Positions 50,923-61,939 of a stretch of DNA of 64,000 nucleotides are shown piece by piece (position 1 is the first letter of the stretch; the number at the start of each line of letters is the position of its first letter). The notes beneath the pieces were generated by a model that was not told the origin of the DNA, did not search any database, and saw only the letters and a list, made by a program, of their open reading frames with translations. Made by a program: the position numbers and the translations under genes. Origin of the DNA: Candidatus Krumholzibacteriota bacterium (GTDB taxonomy: Bacteria > Krumholzibacteriota > Krumholzibacteriia > JAJRXK01); contig CAVXTH010000009.1 of assembly GCA_963764625.1 (NCBI GenBank), positions 128,001 to 192,000 of the forward strand. Reading direction: 5' to 3'.

Positions 50923-51964
50923 CTAGGGCTGCGCTCCGGCCGCCATTTCCTTCAGCTTGATGAGTTGCTGACGGCTTCCGAGCACCATCAATCGCTGTCC
51001 GGATTCCAGCTGCATATGGGCATCGGGATTGAACACCACCCCGGCCGAGGTATAGACCGCGAGGACCATGGCGCCGCTCCGGCGGCGCAGGTCGATCTGT
51101 GCGAGACTGCTTTGGTCGAGTTCGCTTTGCGGCATCACTTCTACTTTTCCGAGTTCCAAACCAATATCGTCCAGGGGCTGATTGAATTGTTCCAGAAAGT
51201 CGACGACTTCTGGCTGGATGGCCATCGCGGCCATGCGCCGACCGCTGGTCACGTAGGGAGAGATGACTCGGTTGGCGCCCACCATCATCAGCTTCCGGCT
51301 GGTACCCGGTTCGCTGGCCCGGGCGATGAGTTGTAGATCGGGGTTGAGGGTGCGAGCCGTCAAGACGGTGAAGACGTTTTCGGTATCGCTGTCCATGGCG
51401 GCGATGAGGCAGCGGGCACGGAGAATTCCCGCCTGAAGCAGGATCTCCTCGCTCGTGGCATTTCCCTTCAAGTAGCAGATCTTCTCGCTGTCGAGCTCAT
51501 CGATGGGAGGCTCGAGATCGATGATCATGGCAGTGCCGCCGTGAAGCCGCAATTCGTGGACGATCTCCTGTCCCACGCGGCCGTAGCCGCAGACGATGAC
51601 GTGTTCGCTGAGTTTGTCGATCAGGTTTTGCATGCGCCGCTCCCTCCGGAAGCCTCCGATATGCCCTTCGAGCGCGAAGTTCACGAGTTGGGCCAGGGCG
51701 AAGCCGATGGTGCCCACCGAGAGCATGATGAAGAACACGGTGAAGAGGTGCCCACCGGTACTGAGTGGCCTGACCTCACGGAATCCCACCGTACTCATGG
51801 TGATGGCCACCATGTACATAGATTCCAACCAGCTCCAGCCCTCGATGAGGCGATAACCGGATAACACCGATGACGACGATGAGGGCGATGATCAAGATCC
51901 AGCGCAGCGCCCGCAGGGCATGTTCTGATTCGGCGGCGGGTCGACTGGGATGTTTGCGGGTCAC
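50923..51964 (-). CDS. K+ channel with RCK (TrkA-N/C) domains; frameshift near 51870
   Basis: TMSTVGF selectivity filter, CGYGRVG, TrkA-C. Confidence 0.9.
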
Positions 51965-52023
51965 GGACCTCTCCCTGGGCTAGGAGCGCACTGTAGAACC
52001 AAGTCCGTGGTCACGGCAAGCTC

Positions 52024-52644
52024 TCATGCCGGTGGAGAGATTCGATCCTCGCCACAACTCTTTGCCGACTCTCGTCGCCGGGTCAGGTCGGGGCGCTTCA
52101 CCGTCCATCGGGGCGCGAGCTTCAGCAGCGAGTCGGAAAGGACAGCCCGCGAAGGGGCCTTGTCCGGCAGCGCGTGACAGAAGAGAATCTCCTCCGAAGC
52201 GATTCCCACCAGCGAAATCTCGGTCTGCTGTCGTGGCGGGGAATTCTTCTCGCCCGGCCGGCGGGGAAACAGTGCAACTCGAAGGGACTCCGCACAAGCG
52301 AAGGTCTCGATCGCCTCTTCGAGGAGGAAGCCCGCGGCTGGCGCCAGCTCGAAGATTCGGGTCACGACCTGTATGTAGGTGCTCTCTTGCCCGGAGCTTG
52401 CGACGATTCCATCGTGGATCTGCGCCATGAACGCTTCGTAATGGACCAGGTTTCGCCACACGGCAAGGATTCCGGCTTCATCTGAGCGCTGAGAGTCCCA
52501 GCCTCCGAGCTGAAGGAGAAAGCCCGGAACCGTACTGAGAGCAGACCACGCCTCCTGCGCGCGAGCGAAGGATTCGCGTTGGGCCGGGGCGACCGTGCAG
52601 CGAATCCATTTCAGAATGGGGGAGCTTGAAGAGGATCTGGACAT
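52024..52644 (-). CDS. YdbC/DUF4937-like (ABM-fold) protein
   Basis: LKWIRC...FARAQEAW...GFLLQLGGW...FM..IHD. Confidence 0.6.
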   Translation of the reverse strand: MSRSSSSSPILKWIRCTVAPAQRESFARAQEAWSALSTVPGFLLQLGGWDSQRSDEAGILAVWRNLVHYEAFMAQIHDGIVASSGQESTYIQVVTRIFELAPAAGFLLEEAIETFACAESLRVALFPRRPGEKNSPPRQQTEISLVGIASEEILFCHALPDKAPSRAVLSDSLLKLAPRWTVKRPDLTRRRESAKSCGEDRISPPA

Positions 52645-52666
52645 TTCCGCCGCTTCACTCGAGAAC

Positions 52667-53254
52667 TCAATCCACGGTGCAGCGCACGATGGGGCGGGTT
52701 TTCGAAGGGCGAGCCACCTCGCGAAATCCGGCCTTCTTGAAGGCGGAAGGCAGGCCGGTCCAGACGAAAGAGTCCGGGATCCGTTCCATCTTGGGTTGGG
52801 TCGGGTAACCCTCGATGATCGTGGCGCCCCGCTTGGCCGCGAGTTGGACCGCGGCTTCGAGCAAGCCGACGGACACTCCCTGGCGGCGATAGGGCTTCAA
52901 GACGAACAGACAAGAGATGGACCAGACCGGTTCATCATCGAGCGGGCGCAACACTCGGGATCGACTCAGGTAGGAGTAGGAAGCACGCGGTGCGATCGCG
53001 CACCAGCCGATGGCCTCCTTCCCCAGATAGGCCAGGACGCCAGGCTTCTCCCCTTCGGTCACGAGCTTCTTCAAGGCGCGTTTGTTCTTCGCGCCCTTTC
53101 CCGCGACCCAGTCTTTGGAAGAGAGTCGCCACACCATGCACCAGCAGCCCCCACACGCTCCTCGTTCTCCAAAGAGCTTCTCGAGGTCTTTCCAGCGCGA
53201 GGGGGTCGCCCAGTAGAATCTCAGCTTCTTGAGGGTCGTGTCCTTCTTGCTCAT
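52667..53254 (-). CDS. GNAT family acetyltransferase
   Basis: GGCWCM, WSISCLFV, RRQGV, IEGYP. Confidence 0.85.
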   Translation of the reverse strand: MSKKDTTLKKLRFYWATPSRWKDLEKLFGERGACGGCWCMVWRLSSKDWVAGKGAKNKRALKKLVTEGEKPGVLAYLGKEAIGWCAIAPRASYSYLSRSRVLRPLDDEPVWSISCLFVLKPYRRQGVSVGLLEAAVQLAAKRGATIIEGYPTQPKMERIPDSFVWTGLPSAFKKAGFREVARPSKTRPIVRCTVD

Positions 53255-53330
53255 GATAGAATTCGATTTAGCAGATGCGAGTCGGCCGCCGCGGGCTCTT
53301 CGAGCCGCGGCAGCCGTCCTCGAAGAAAAC

Positions 53331-53516
53331 TCAGCGAGATTCCAACTTCGCCCAACACGACCAGACCATGAGGCCCGTGCCGAGCACGAAGAGGTTCGCT
53401 GCTTGGTAACCCAAAACGGATTTCGCACCGTAGAATCGACCCACGACCGCTGCTAGGCAGATGATCATCCCCACGTACGCCACATACGTCCCGAGAGAGG
53501 CAAGGTACTTCTTCAT
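53331..53516 (-). CDS. Small 2-TM membrane protein (61 aa)
   Basis: GGAGG RBS, two hydrophobic helices. Confidence 0.65.
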   Translation of the reverse strand: MKKYLASLGTYVAYVGMIICLAAVVGRFYGAKSVLGYQAANLFVLGTGLMVWSCWAKLESR

Positions 53517-53750
53517 GGATTCCTCCCGAATGAACTTGGCGAGACGTCTCCGCGAGAGAACCTAGAGGAGCACGAGTGGCGCTGGTTCCCTCGGGAGATA
53601 GTCAGGATTTGAACCAACTTCAAAATGCTAGCACCAGGCCGCCGGAAGGGATACAAGAACTGCTTGGCGGCCAGTGAAGCTCGAACTGGAGCGAACTCCG
53701 CGGCGAGCATCGGCCTTCCCGAGACGACAAGCTCAGGGTCCCCGGTGAAC

Positions 53751-55542
53751 TCAGGGGTGGTCTCCCAGCGAGGGCAATTTGTCCAGAGTGTGGCAATCGC
53801 GACAGGCACGCCGCTTGTCTCGGAAGGTCAATTTGCGCGGTTTCGCGCCCGACACCAGCAGAGTGGATGTGGCGCGTGGCTGTGCCAACTCCTGGTGGCA
53901 TGTGAAACAGGGCACGGTGCGGTGGGCCCCCTCGAGCTTGTACCCGAACGATGCGTGGTCCTCCACTCCGATGGTCGAAGGAGTGAAGGAACTCATGTCG
54001 TGACAGCGGCGGCAGGGATTCTTCGCGCTCCAGTCGGCAACCTTCTCGTAACTCCCCGCGTGGGGATCGATATGACAGTCCGCGCAGGCGCGGCCGACGG
54101 ACGCAAAGCTCCAATGGATGCCTGAGGAACCAGCTGGGTCCGCGGGGAGGGAGTTCTTCTCTGCCTTGGGCAGGTGGCACGACTCGCAGCTCGTCTTGGC
54201 GTGAGCCTCCTCCAGAGGCCATCCCAGAGCGGCATGTGCCTTGGCATCGATGCGGGAGGGACGCCAGGCCTCAAGGTCGTGGCACTCGGCACAGTCCCGC
54301 GTGGCATCGATTTCCACCCCGTGCGCCGGCGCGTGACAATTCAGACAGCGCTTCGACTCCATCTTGAAGTGCACCTTCGCGGGACCCCAGGACGGGTCCG
54401 GCTGCGCGCCCTCTTTGACGCGGTGACACTTTCCACACTCGACGCGCGCGTGCGCGCCCGTCAAGGAGAAGGGGGTCTTCGCGTGGCGCTCGAGATCGAA
54501 AGTCGACTGGCGCCAACCCGATTCCGTATGGCAGGAGGAGCAGTCGGGTCGCACTCCTTTCGCACTGACCAGCTGACCCGCGTGCGGGTCCTTGTGACAA
54601 CGATCGCAACGATCGTGAGCTGGACGCTTGCCCCACGCATTGATTGGATCATGGCAGCTCTCGCAGCGAAGCGTTGCATGTTTTCCGCGCAGTGGAAACG
54701 AAGTCAGAGCGTGGTTGAATCCGGTAGTGGCCGCCAATTTGAATCCAGCCGTGCTATGGCAGCCGCGGCAATTCCCTTTGAACCGTCCTTGGTGCGGGTC
54801 GGCGTGACAGGGCTGGCAATCCCGATGGGCCAAAGGACGATAGAGGGGAATCACCTTTCTCTTCGCATCGAGCTTGGCTCCGAGCTGTTGACTCTCGTGA
54901 CACTGCGCGCACTTCAGCTTGGCATGTTCCCCGTCGAGGGGATAATCGGTGCGGCTGTGGTCGAAATTCGCTACCGGACGCCAGGCCTTCATTCCGTGGC
55001 AATGCTGGCAGTCGGCGCCGAGCGTTCCCTTGTGCGGATCGGCGTGGCAGTGCGTGCAATCGGTCTTCAGTCCGAGCCATCCCTTTCCCTCGTGGATGGA
55101 ACCAGCCGGCTCTCTTGCCGCCGCCGAGCCGATTTGGAACTTGGGATTATGACATTGTTCACACTTGAGTCCGGCGTGAGCACCTTCCAGCCGCCAGCCG
55201 CTTTGTTCGTGCTTGAACTTTGAAGCTGAGCCGTCGGGCCAGTCTACGAGCTCGAACTTGGCGCCCGCGTGTTCGGGATGACACTTCTCGCACTCTTTCT
55301 TGCCCATGTGGGCGTGGAGGCCCCTGTTGTTCTCGCGCAGAAAGGCGATGCCTTTGTGACACTCGAGACAATGTTCTTGGATGGTCTCCTGCTTCAGACC
55401 GTGGCAGTGCATGCAGTTGGTGTTGCCTTCCAGCGAAGAATGGGCGGAAGACAGCGGGCCTGGAGATATCTGCGCGGATGCGATCTCCGCTGCGCACGAG
55501 ACTCGAGAGTAAGAGTATCAGGATCCCCAACTTGCGGAGCAC
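53751..55542 (-). CDS. Periplasmic 20-heme c-type cytochrome; frameshift near 55495 in the signal region
   Basis: 20 CxxCH motifs counted; repeating FxH...(F/Y/W)xLxGxH module; mature N-terminus QISPGPLSSAH. Confidence 0.92.
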
Positions 55543-56943
55543 TCAGACCTCCGAGCTCACAAGAGGAATGTCCTTGTTCACCATCGCAACACCCACTTTG
55601 GTCAAGAACTGCGAGGGCGGCTCGCCTCCAATGCGGATGATGACGTCGTCAGCGGGAAGCTCTTGCGTCGTTTCCCCGATCTCGATCTCAACTCGGCCGG
55701 CATGAATGCGTCGCAGTTGGCTCTGCAAAAGCACCGTCAGCCGCCGAGCGGCGACGGCATTCTCCAACTTTTCGAGATTGCGTTCTTTGACCCGCTGGAA
55801 GGCATCACCGCGGTAGGAGAGTGTCACCTCGCATCCCTCCTGATTGCAGAGCCCGAGGGCAGATTCGATAGCACTGTCGCCACCGCCCACCACGATAACT
55901 TTGCGATCGATGAAGGCCTCCATCTCCACGATGTCGTAGAAGACATTGTCGCTCTCCTCGCCGGAAATCCCCAGGCGCCTCGGGGTGCCCCGGCGTCCCA
56001 TGGCCAGAATGACCCGCCGCGCGCGGACGATCGTCTTGCTCGAGCGTCAATTCGAATAAGTCGTTACGACGGGTGGCGTCTTTCACCCTAGCTCCCGTCG
56101 TCACCTGCAGACCCGTGGTCTCGATGATGGCCTCCCACGCCTTCAGGAGCGCCTCCTTGGTGGTGTCGGAGACCCAGAGATCGCCGTAGAGCGGGACGTT
56201 GATGGGTTCCGCGAGAAGCAACTTGTGCCGCGGATACTTGCGGATGGAATCGGCGAGAGAGCCTTGCTCCAAGAGGACGTACCGCAAACCCTGGCGCTTC
56301 GCCTCCAACCCCGCGCTCAAGCCGGCGGGGCCCGAACCCACGATCGCCACGTCGTAGATGATCGTCGGTTTCCACCGCCGATGCGTTGCAAAGTCGCGGC
56401 CACGTGCTCGGCGGCGATGCGCCCTTCGTTGATGGCGTTCTTGATGAGCCCGCGCCCTCCGAGCTCACCGACGACGTAGAGTCCGCGCACGTTGCTCTGG
56501 AAGTTCACGTCCACTCGAGGCACTTCTACACGGTGCACCATCCCGCCGGTGCTGACGACAATCGCCGACACCGGACAGGCCGCGGCGCAGTCGCCGTGTC
56601 CCACGCAGCGGGACAGGTCGACTACGGCCAACTTTGATTCCAAGTGGAGTGCCCCGTCTTCGGGACAGGCATCCACGCAGGTGGAGCAGCCCACGCAGAG
56701 ATCTGCGCGTACGATGGCATGAGGGCGTCCGCCCGTAGCCAAGGATTCGGAGGAGGATTCTTTTGCTCCCACCACGTCGAAGACCGAAAGCGGTGCGCCA
56801 CAACCCGTGCACTGCGATGCCCCGGAGGGGAGAACGGTCTTGCAACGCGGACAGCGCGGCGCAACCCCCGAAATCTGGCGCCGCACGTGCCAGATCGCAA
56901 AGCTCACCGTGAAGAGAACGAAGATGAGAGTCGTCCAGACCAC
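55543..56943 (-). CDS. Membrane-anchored Zn-ribbon / 2x[4Fe-4S] ferredoxin / TrxR-like FAD-NAD(P)H oxidoreductase; frameshifts near 56370 and 56030
   Basis: TM helix, CPRC..CTGC, CVGCSTCVDACP, CVGHGDCAAACP, GSGPAG, VVGGGDSA, SYR. Confidence 0.85.
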
Positions 56944-56953
56944 GTCGAACGTC

Positions 56954-57880
56954 CTAGTAGAACCAAGTTGCGCCAAAGAGAACCGCGACTGCCACGTGAA
57001 TCGTCACCGCGATGGCGGCGGTGATCGCCACGGGCAGGTGGGCCACGTGCCAGAAGCGGAAGAGACTCTGCGTTGCATCCAACAGACGCGCCTGTTGACT
57101 CAGCGCCATCTGCCGGCGCGCGATGCGCAACAAATTGCGCAGGGCTTTGCGGTCTAGCGGAGGACGATCGGGTCCCAGGGCTTCCCAGCGGTGTACGATT
57201 TCACGTGCCGCTTTGCGGCGCGAGAAGTCATCGTGCATCATTTGCATGAGGGTCCCTCTGAGTCCCAGACCGCGGGCTGAGACCGGACTGGCCGCGAGCA
57301 CGCTCGAGACGACATCGCGTTCCAGACCGGTGATGTTCGCCAGTTCGACGAGCAGTTGCATCTGTTGCTGCGCCGCCTCGTCGATCCCCAGTGCCACTCC
57401 CTTCCGCGACCGGGGAATCCGCGAGTAGATGTAACGTCCGACGATTCCACTGAACACGACGATGAGCATGGCCAGATAACCCAGTCCGATCAGTCCGGTG
57501 AACCGCCAGGAGGCATGGACTGCGCCGAGGATGGGCAGTGTCAATCCCACGACGATGTGTACGTTGAGCCACTTCCCCACCGAGCCGCTGAACGAGAGCC
57601 AACGCGCCCGCTTTCTGAGCGGATAGAGCCAAAGGAACATGAATCCCAAAAAGAGGAGGATCCCCGCACTCTGTCCGAGGTACCCCGAGGGGCGCAACCA
57701 GGCGTGAAAGGGGTGGCGGACCCTCTCAGAAAGCGGTGCCAGATAGTAGGGGGATCCGGCAATGCAGATGCCCAAGAGAAGCAGATTCGTGAACAGCGCG
57801 GGAGAGATTCCACGACGGCGTGGGGCGGAGTCGGATTGGATGCGGAGTCTTCGGGAACCTACAGAAGCTGATTGCTGCAT
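56954..57880 (-). CDS. Membrane protein with ferric-reductase-like heme-b His motifs
   Basis: YPLRKR, WLNVHIVVG...AVHA, GIVGRYIY, FWHVAHLP...IHV. Confidence 0.7.
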   Translation of the reverse strand: MQQSASVGSRRLRIQSDSAPRRRGISPALFTNLLLLGICIAGSPYYLAPLSERVRHPFHAWLRPSGYLGQSAGILLFLGFMFLWLYPLRKRARWLSFSGSVGKWLNVHIVVGLTLPILGAVHASWRFTGLIGLGYLAMLIVVFSGIVGRYIYSRIPRSRKGVALGIDEAAQQQMQLLVELANITGLERDVVSSVLAASPVSARGLGLRGTLMQMMHDDFSRRKAAREIVHRWEALGPDRPPLDRKALRNLLRIARRQMALSQQARLLDATQSLFRFWHVAHLPVAITAAIAVTIHVAVAVLFGATWFY

Positions 57881-57959
57881 GCGGGACTCCGTCAGAGGGG
57901 AAGATCGTGGCACTCGGATCCCAGAATTGAGGACCCGGCTTCGGGTTTCACCGCCTCCG

Positions 57960-57975
57960 TGCAACCAGCATGCCT
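57960..57975 (-). promoter_or_regulatory. Sigma54 (-24/-12) promoter
   Basis: Minus strand AGGCATGCTGGTTGCA matches TGGCACG-N4-TTGCW with exact GG/GC spacing, 80 bp before the operon start. Confidence 0.65.
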
Positions 57976-58415
57976 AGAGTAAGGAGCGGTTTGCTCCGCA
58001 GCAAGACCTCCTGGGAGCACCCAAGCATCCACGCAGGGCACCATCCCTGGTTCATTCTGCATCCTCATCGCCGTAAGAACGAATGAGAGTCCTTGATATC
58101 TTGTTTTGTGCGATTCGGGGTCTCGCACGCAACCGGAGGCACTCGTCCCTTGATGGACTTGTGCGGAAATTCATCGCGGTGGGGGGTGAGCTTGGCTATT
58201 CTGCCCTTTATGCAAGTCCAGAATCTGCCTCTTGTCTCGACGGTGATCCCGGAATTCGTCTGGGACCTGCGCGGTTCATGCCCGGACCGCAACCATCGCA
58301 GGGCTGCACTCAGGCGGAGATGCCGATCCCGCCGCTTCGCAGTCGGAAGGGGTTGCGTCGCCGACGCTTCACCCGCGGTGGCCATGACCCACGGCCGTAG
58401 AATCGGGGGAGAAGC

Positions 58416-60014
58416 GTGCGAAAGCTTCGTATTGGTGTCGTCGACCTAGCCCACAAGGGCCCCACTCGAGCCCTCTATGCGCGTGTCATGCACGCCAATC
58501 TCGCCGCCATCATGCCCCAGGTCATCGCGGTCTGGTGTCAGGAACAAGGACATCAGGTCGAGTTCGTCTGTTACACGGGTCTGGAGAATCTCGAAAAGGA
58601 ATTGCCGCGCGATTGCGATCTGGTGTTCTTGTGCAGCTTCACGCAATCCGCGCAGTTGGCCTATGCCCTCAGTAACTACTTTCGCTCCAAGGGTGCGGTC
58701 ACTGCGATTGGCGGCCCGCACGCGCGTTGCTACCCAGAGGACTGCCAGCGCTACTTCGACTACGTTTTTGGCTTCACCGATCGAAAGCTGGTGCAGGACG
58801 TCCTGTGCGATTGCTCCGAACACCGGCCCCAGGGCGTACACATCTCCGCGGAGCAGCAGCCACAAGAACTCCCCAGCTTGCAGCAACGCTGGCCCTTCGT
58901 GGCGAGTACTCTGCGCAAGGCGCCTCTTCTGAAGATCGTCCCGATGATCGGGAGTCTGGGCTGTCCCTACACCTGCGCGTTCTGCATCGACTCCACCGTC
59001 GACTACAAACCACTGGCCTTCGAGGCGCTCAAGAACGACTTGAAGTTTCTGCGTGCCCACATGAAGCATCCGAAGGTCGGTTGGCACGATCCAAATTTCG
59101 GAGTGCGTTTCGACGATTACCTCGATGCCATCGAGGAAGCGGTTCCTCCTGGAAGCGTCGAGTTCGTGGCCGAGAGTTCTCTATCCCTGCTGACCGAGCC
59201 GCATGTGAAGAGGATGCAGCGCAACGGATTCCGAGCGCTCTTGCCGGGTGTCGAGTCCTGGTTCGATTTGGGCAACAAATCGCGCTGCGGAAGTCGTCAG
59301 GCGGAAGACAGGGTTCATCACATTTCCGAGCAGATCAGAATGATCATGCGTTACATTCCCTACGTGCAGGCAAACTTCGTGTTGGGTTTGGACTGCGATC
59401 AGGGAGGCGAGCCCTTCGAACTCACCAAGCAATTCATCGATCTCACTCCGGGCGTCTTCCCCGGGTATTCCCTACTGACCGCCTTTGGTCGTGCGGCGCC
59501 CATGAACCTGGAACTGCAATTGAGCGGTCGCGTGAGGGCGTTTCCTTTCCACTTCCTCGACAACAACCACGCGATGAACGTTGCTCCCCTCAATTATGAG
59601 TGGACCGAGTTCTACGACCACGTCATCGACTTGACCAGCTACACCTTTTCGCTCAAGAGCATGGGCCGTAGATTCATGAGCAACCGGGGTGCGATTCCCC
59701 GCTGGATGAATCTGGTGCGTGGGATCTCGACGGAGGGCTACGGTCGCCTGCACTACTTCCGAGACCTCAGAAAACGACTCGATCAAGATTCCCAATTGCG
59801 CGCCTTCTTCGAGGGCGAGGACGCGGAGATCCCATCCTTCTATGTCGATATGGTGCGCCGCGAGCTGGGGGATCTGTGGCACTGGTTGCCGGAGGGCGCG
59901 TTGGCGCACGACGCGCAAGCCTATCTGAAGGCCTCACGCGACGGGGCCCCACAAGTGGCGACGAGCGTGGCCGCGGCTCTTCCTCAAGCCAAGGCGGCGG
60001 GCGCGGATTCCTAG
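58416..60014 (+). CDS. B12-binding-domain radical SAM protein
   Basis: IGGPHA, GCPYTCAFC (CxxxCxxC), GVES, FVLGLD. Confidence 0.88.
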   Translation: MRKLRIGVVDLAHKGPTRALYARVMHANLAAIMPQVIAVWCQEQGHQVEFVCYTGLENLEKELPRDCDLVFLCSFTQSAQLAYALSNYFRSKGAVTAIGGPHARCYPEDCQRYFDYVFGFTDRKLVQDVLCDCSEHRPQGVHISAEQQPQELPSLQQRWPFVASTLRKAPLLKIVPMIGSLGCPYTCAFCIDSTVDYKPLAFEALKNDLKFLRAHMKHPKVGWHDPNFGVRFDDYLDAIEEAVPPGSVEFVAESSLSLLTEPHVKRMQRNGFRALLPGVESWFDLGNKSRCGSRQAEDRVHHISEQIRMIMRYIPYVQANFVLGLDCDQGGEPFELTKQFIDLTPGVFPGYSLLTAFGRAAPMNLELQLSGRVRAFPFHFLDNNHAMNVAPLNYEWTEFYDHVIDLTSYTFSLKSMGRRFMSNRGAIPRWMNLVRGISTEGYGRLHYFRDLRKRLDQDSQLRAFFEGEDAEIPSFYVDMVRRELGDLWHWLPEGALAHDAQAYLKASRDGAPQVATSVAAALPQAKAAGADS

Positions 60015-60133
60015 TTCGAGTGAACGAACATTAGCTCGCTAAATTGTTGTTTTTTATTTTGTTAGCTCCCAATCCGGATCACAGATTGGCCGCGAGTTCG
60101 AGTGAGTTGAGCTTGAAATCGCGGGGGTGATCC

Positions 60134-61939
60134 ATGCCGGATCCAATTTCTTCCATCTGCGCGCGCTACGGGAACGACCGTTCGCGGCTGATGGACATCG
60201 TCCGGGAAGTACAAGGCGATCTTGGGTGCATCGATCCCCGGAGCGCGTGCGCGATTGCCGAACAGGTGTCGTGCGAGCCCGTCGAAGTCGAAAGCGCCGT
60301 CTCCTTCTACGCGTTTCTGAGCGATCGTCCCCGAGGACACATTCCCATCCGTCTCTGTAATGACGTCGTCGACCGCATGGCCAAGGTGGAAGACGTGGCC
60401 CGCGTATTCGAGCGCGAGCTGGGCATCCCCATGGGCTCGGTCACCGATGATGGGTTGTTCGGACTGCAATGGACTCCCTGCATCGGAATGAGCGATCAGG
60501 CCCCGGCGGCGCTCATCGGCGAGCTGCCCGTCACCAATCTGACCCCCGAGAGCGTCCCCGAACTTGTGGATACCCTGCGCAAGACCCGGGATCCAGCGGC
60601 GATCCTGTATGCGGTGGGAGACGGCAATAACGCCTCTCCTCTCATCAGAAGCATGGTTCGCAATCACATCGAGAAGTCGGGACCGGCCATTCTGGCACCC
60701 TGGCCGAAAGGCGAAGCGGTATACAAAGCGGCGAAGATGGACCCCGTGCGGATTCTGAAGCTTCTCGACCATTCGGGATTGAAAGGCCGAGGAGGTGCGG
60801 CGTTTCCCACCGGGATGAAGTGGAAGTTCGCGGCCTCCGCGAAAGCTTCGAGCAAGACCGTGATCTGCAACGCCGACGAGGGGGAGCCCGGCACCTTCAA
60901 GGACCGGGTGCTGCTGACCGAATACCCCGGCCTGTTCATCGAGGGCATGGTCATCTCGGCGCGCGCCATCGGCGCGAATGAGGGCATCATCTATTTGCGG
61001 GGCGAGTACCAGTACCTTCGCCGCTTCTTGGAAGCAACCCTACAGGACTATCGGGACGAAAACCTCCTGGGCGATTCCATCGCCAAAGTTCGCGGCTTCG
61101 ATTTCGACATCCGCATTCAGATGGGCGCCGGATCCTATGTCTGTGGCGAAGAGACCGCCCTCATTTCGAGCTGCGAGGGAAGGCGCGGCGACCCCAAGAC
61201 CAAACCGCCTTTTCCGGCCGAAAAGGGTTATCGCGACCAGCCCACGGTGGTGAACAACGTCGAGACTCTCTGCGCCGTCACCCGGATCGTTCTCAACGGG
61301 AGCGAATGGTTCCGTTCGCTCGGAACCGAGTCTTCGCCCGGAACCAAGGTCCTGAGTGTCAGCGGCGATTGCTCCTGGCCAGGGGTCTACGAGTTCGAAT
61401 ACGGGACCAGCCTGCGCGAGGTTTTGAAGAAATCGGGAGCGGAAGACCCCAGAGCGGTCTTGGTTGGCGGACCGTCCGGGCAATTCGTCTCCAAGACCGG
61501 TTTCGATCGGCGCATCGCGTTCGATGATCTGGCCACCAGCGGCGCCATCGTCATTTTCGACCATTCCCGCGATCTCTTGGCCATGGTGGAGCACTACATG
61601 GCGTTCTTCTGTGAAGAGAGCTGCGGTTATTGCACTCCTTGCCGCTTTGGCAACGAGGTAATTCTGCAACTCGTCCAAAAGGTTCGAGCCGGTTGGGGAA
61701 AGCGCGAGGATCTGGATCTATTGCAATCGCTCGGTGCGCTCATGCGGGTTTCTAGCCGCTGCGGATTGGGCCAGACCTCGCACAATCCGGTCACGACCAC
61801 CATGGAGAATTTCCCCGATCTCTACGAAAGCCGGTTGACGGGCGAGCCGGAATTCGATTTGGCCTCGGCGACCTCTCAAGCCGCGGCATTGGCGGGTCAT
61901 CGGTCGACCCATCTGCACGAGGAGGGCGATCGTGGCTGA
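60134..61939 (+). CDS. hoxF: NAD-reducing hydrogenase diaphorase subunit (NuoE+NuoF-like)
   Basis: GRGGAAFPTGMKW, CNADEGEPGTFKDR, YVCGEETAL, ESCGYCTPCR. Confidence 0.93.
   Translation: MPDPISSICARYGNDRSRLMDIVREVQGDLGCIDPRSACAIAEQVSCEPVEVESAVSFYAFLSDRPRGHIPIRLCNDVVDRMAKVEDVARVFERELGIPMGSVTDDGLFGLQWTPCIGMSDQAPAALIGELPVTNLTPESVPELVDTLRKTRDPAAILYAVGDGNNASPLIRSMVRNHIEKSGPAILAPWPKGEAVYKAAKMDPVRILKLLDHSGLKGRGGAAFPTGMKWKFAASAKASSKTVICNADEGEPGTFKDRVLLTEYPGLFIEGMVISARAIGANEGIIYLRGEYQYLRRFLEATLQDYRDENLLGDSIAKVRGFDFDIRIQMGAGSYVCGEETALISSCEGRRGDPKTKPPFPAEKGYRDQPTVVNNVETLCAVTRIVLNGSEWFRSLGTESSPGTKVLSVSGDCSWPGVYEFEYGTSLREVLKKSGAEDPRAVLVGGPSGQFVSKTGFDRRIAFDDLATSGAIVIFDHSRDLLAMVEHYMAFFCEESCGYCTPCRFGNEVILQLVQKVRAGWGKREDLDLLQSLGALMRVSSRCGLGQTSHNPVTTTMENFPDLYESRLTGEPEFDLASATSQAAALAGHRSTHLHEEGDRG

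Noticed and set aside
58159-58176. Rex-like operator TTGTGCGGAAATTCATCG
   Set aside because: Too many mismatches to TTGTGAA-N4-TTCACAA.
58083-58449. Short ORFs upstream of the radical SAM gene as RiPP precursors
   Set aside because: No RBS, leader/core pattern or accompanying RiPP genes.
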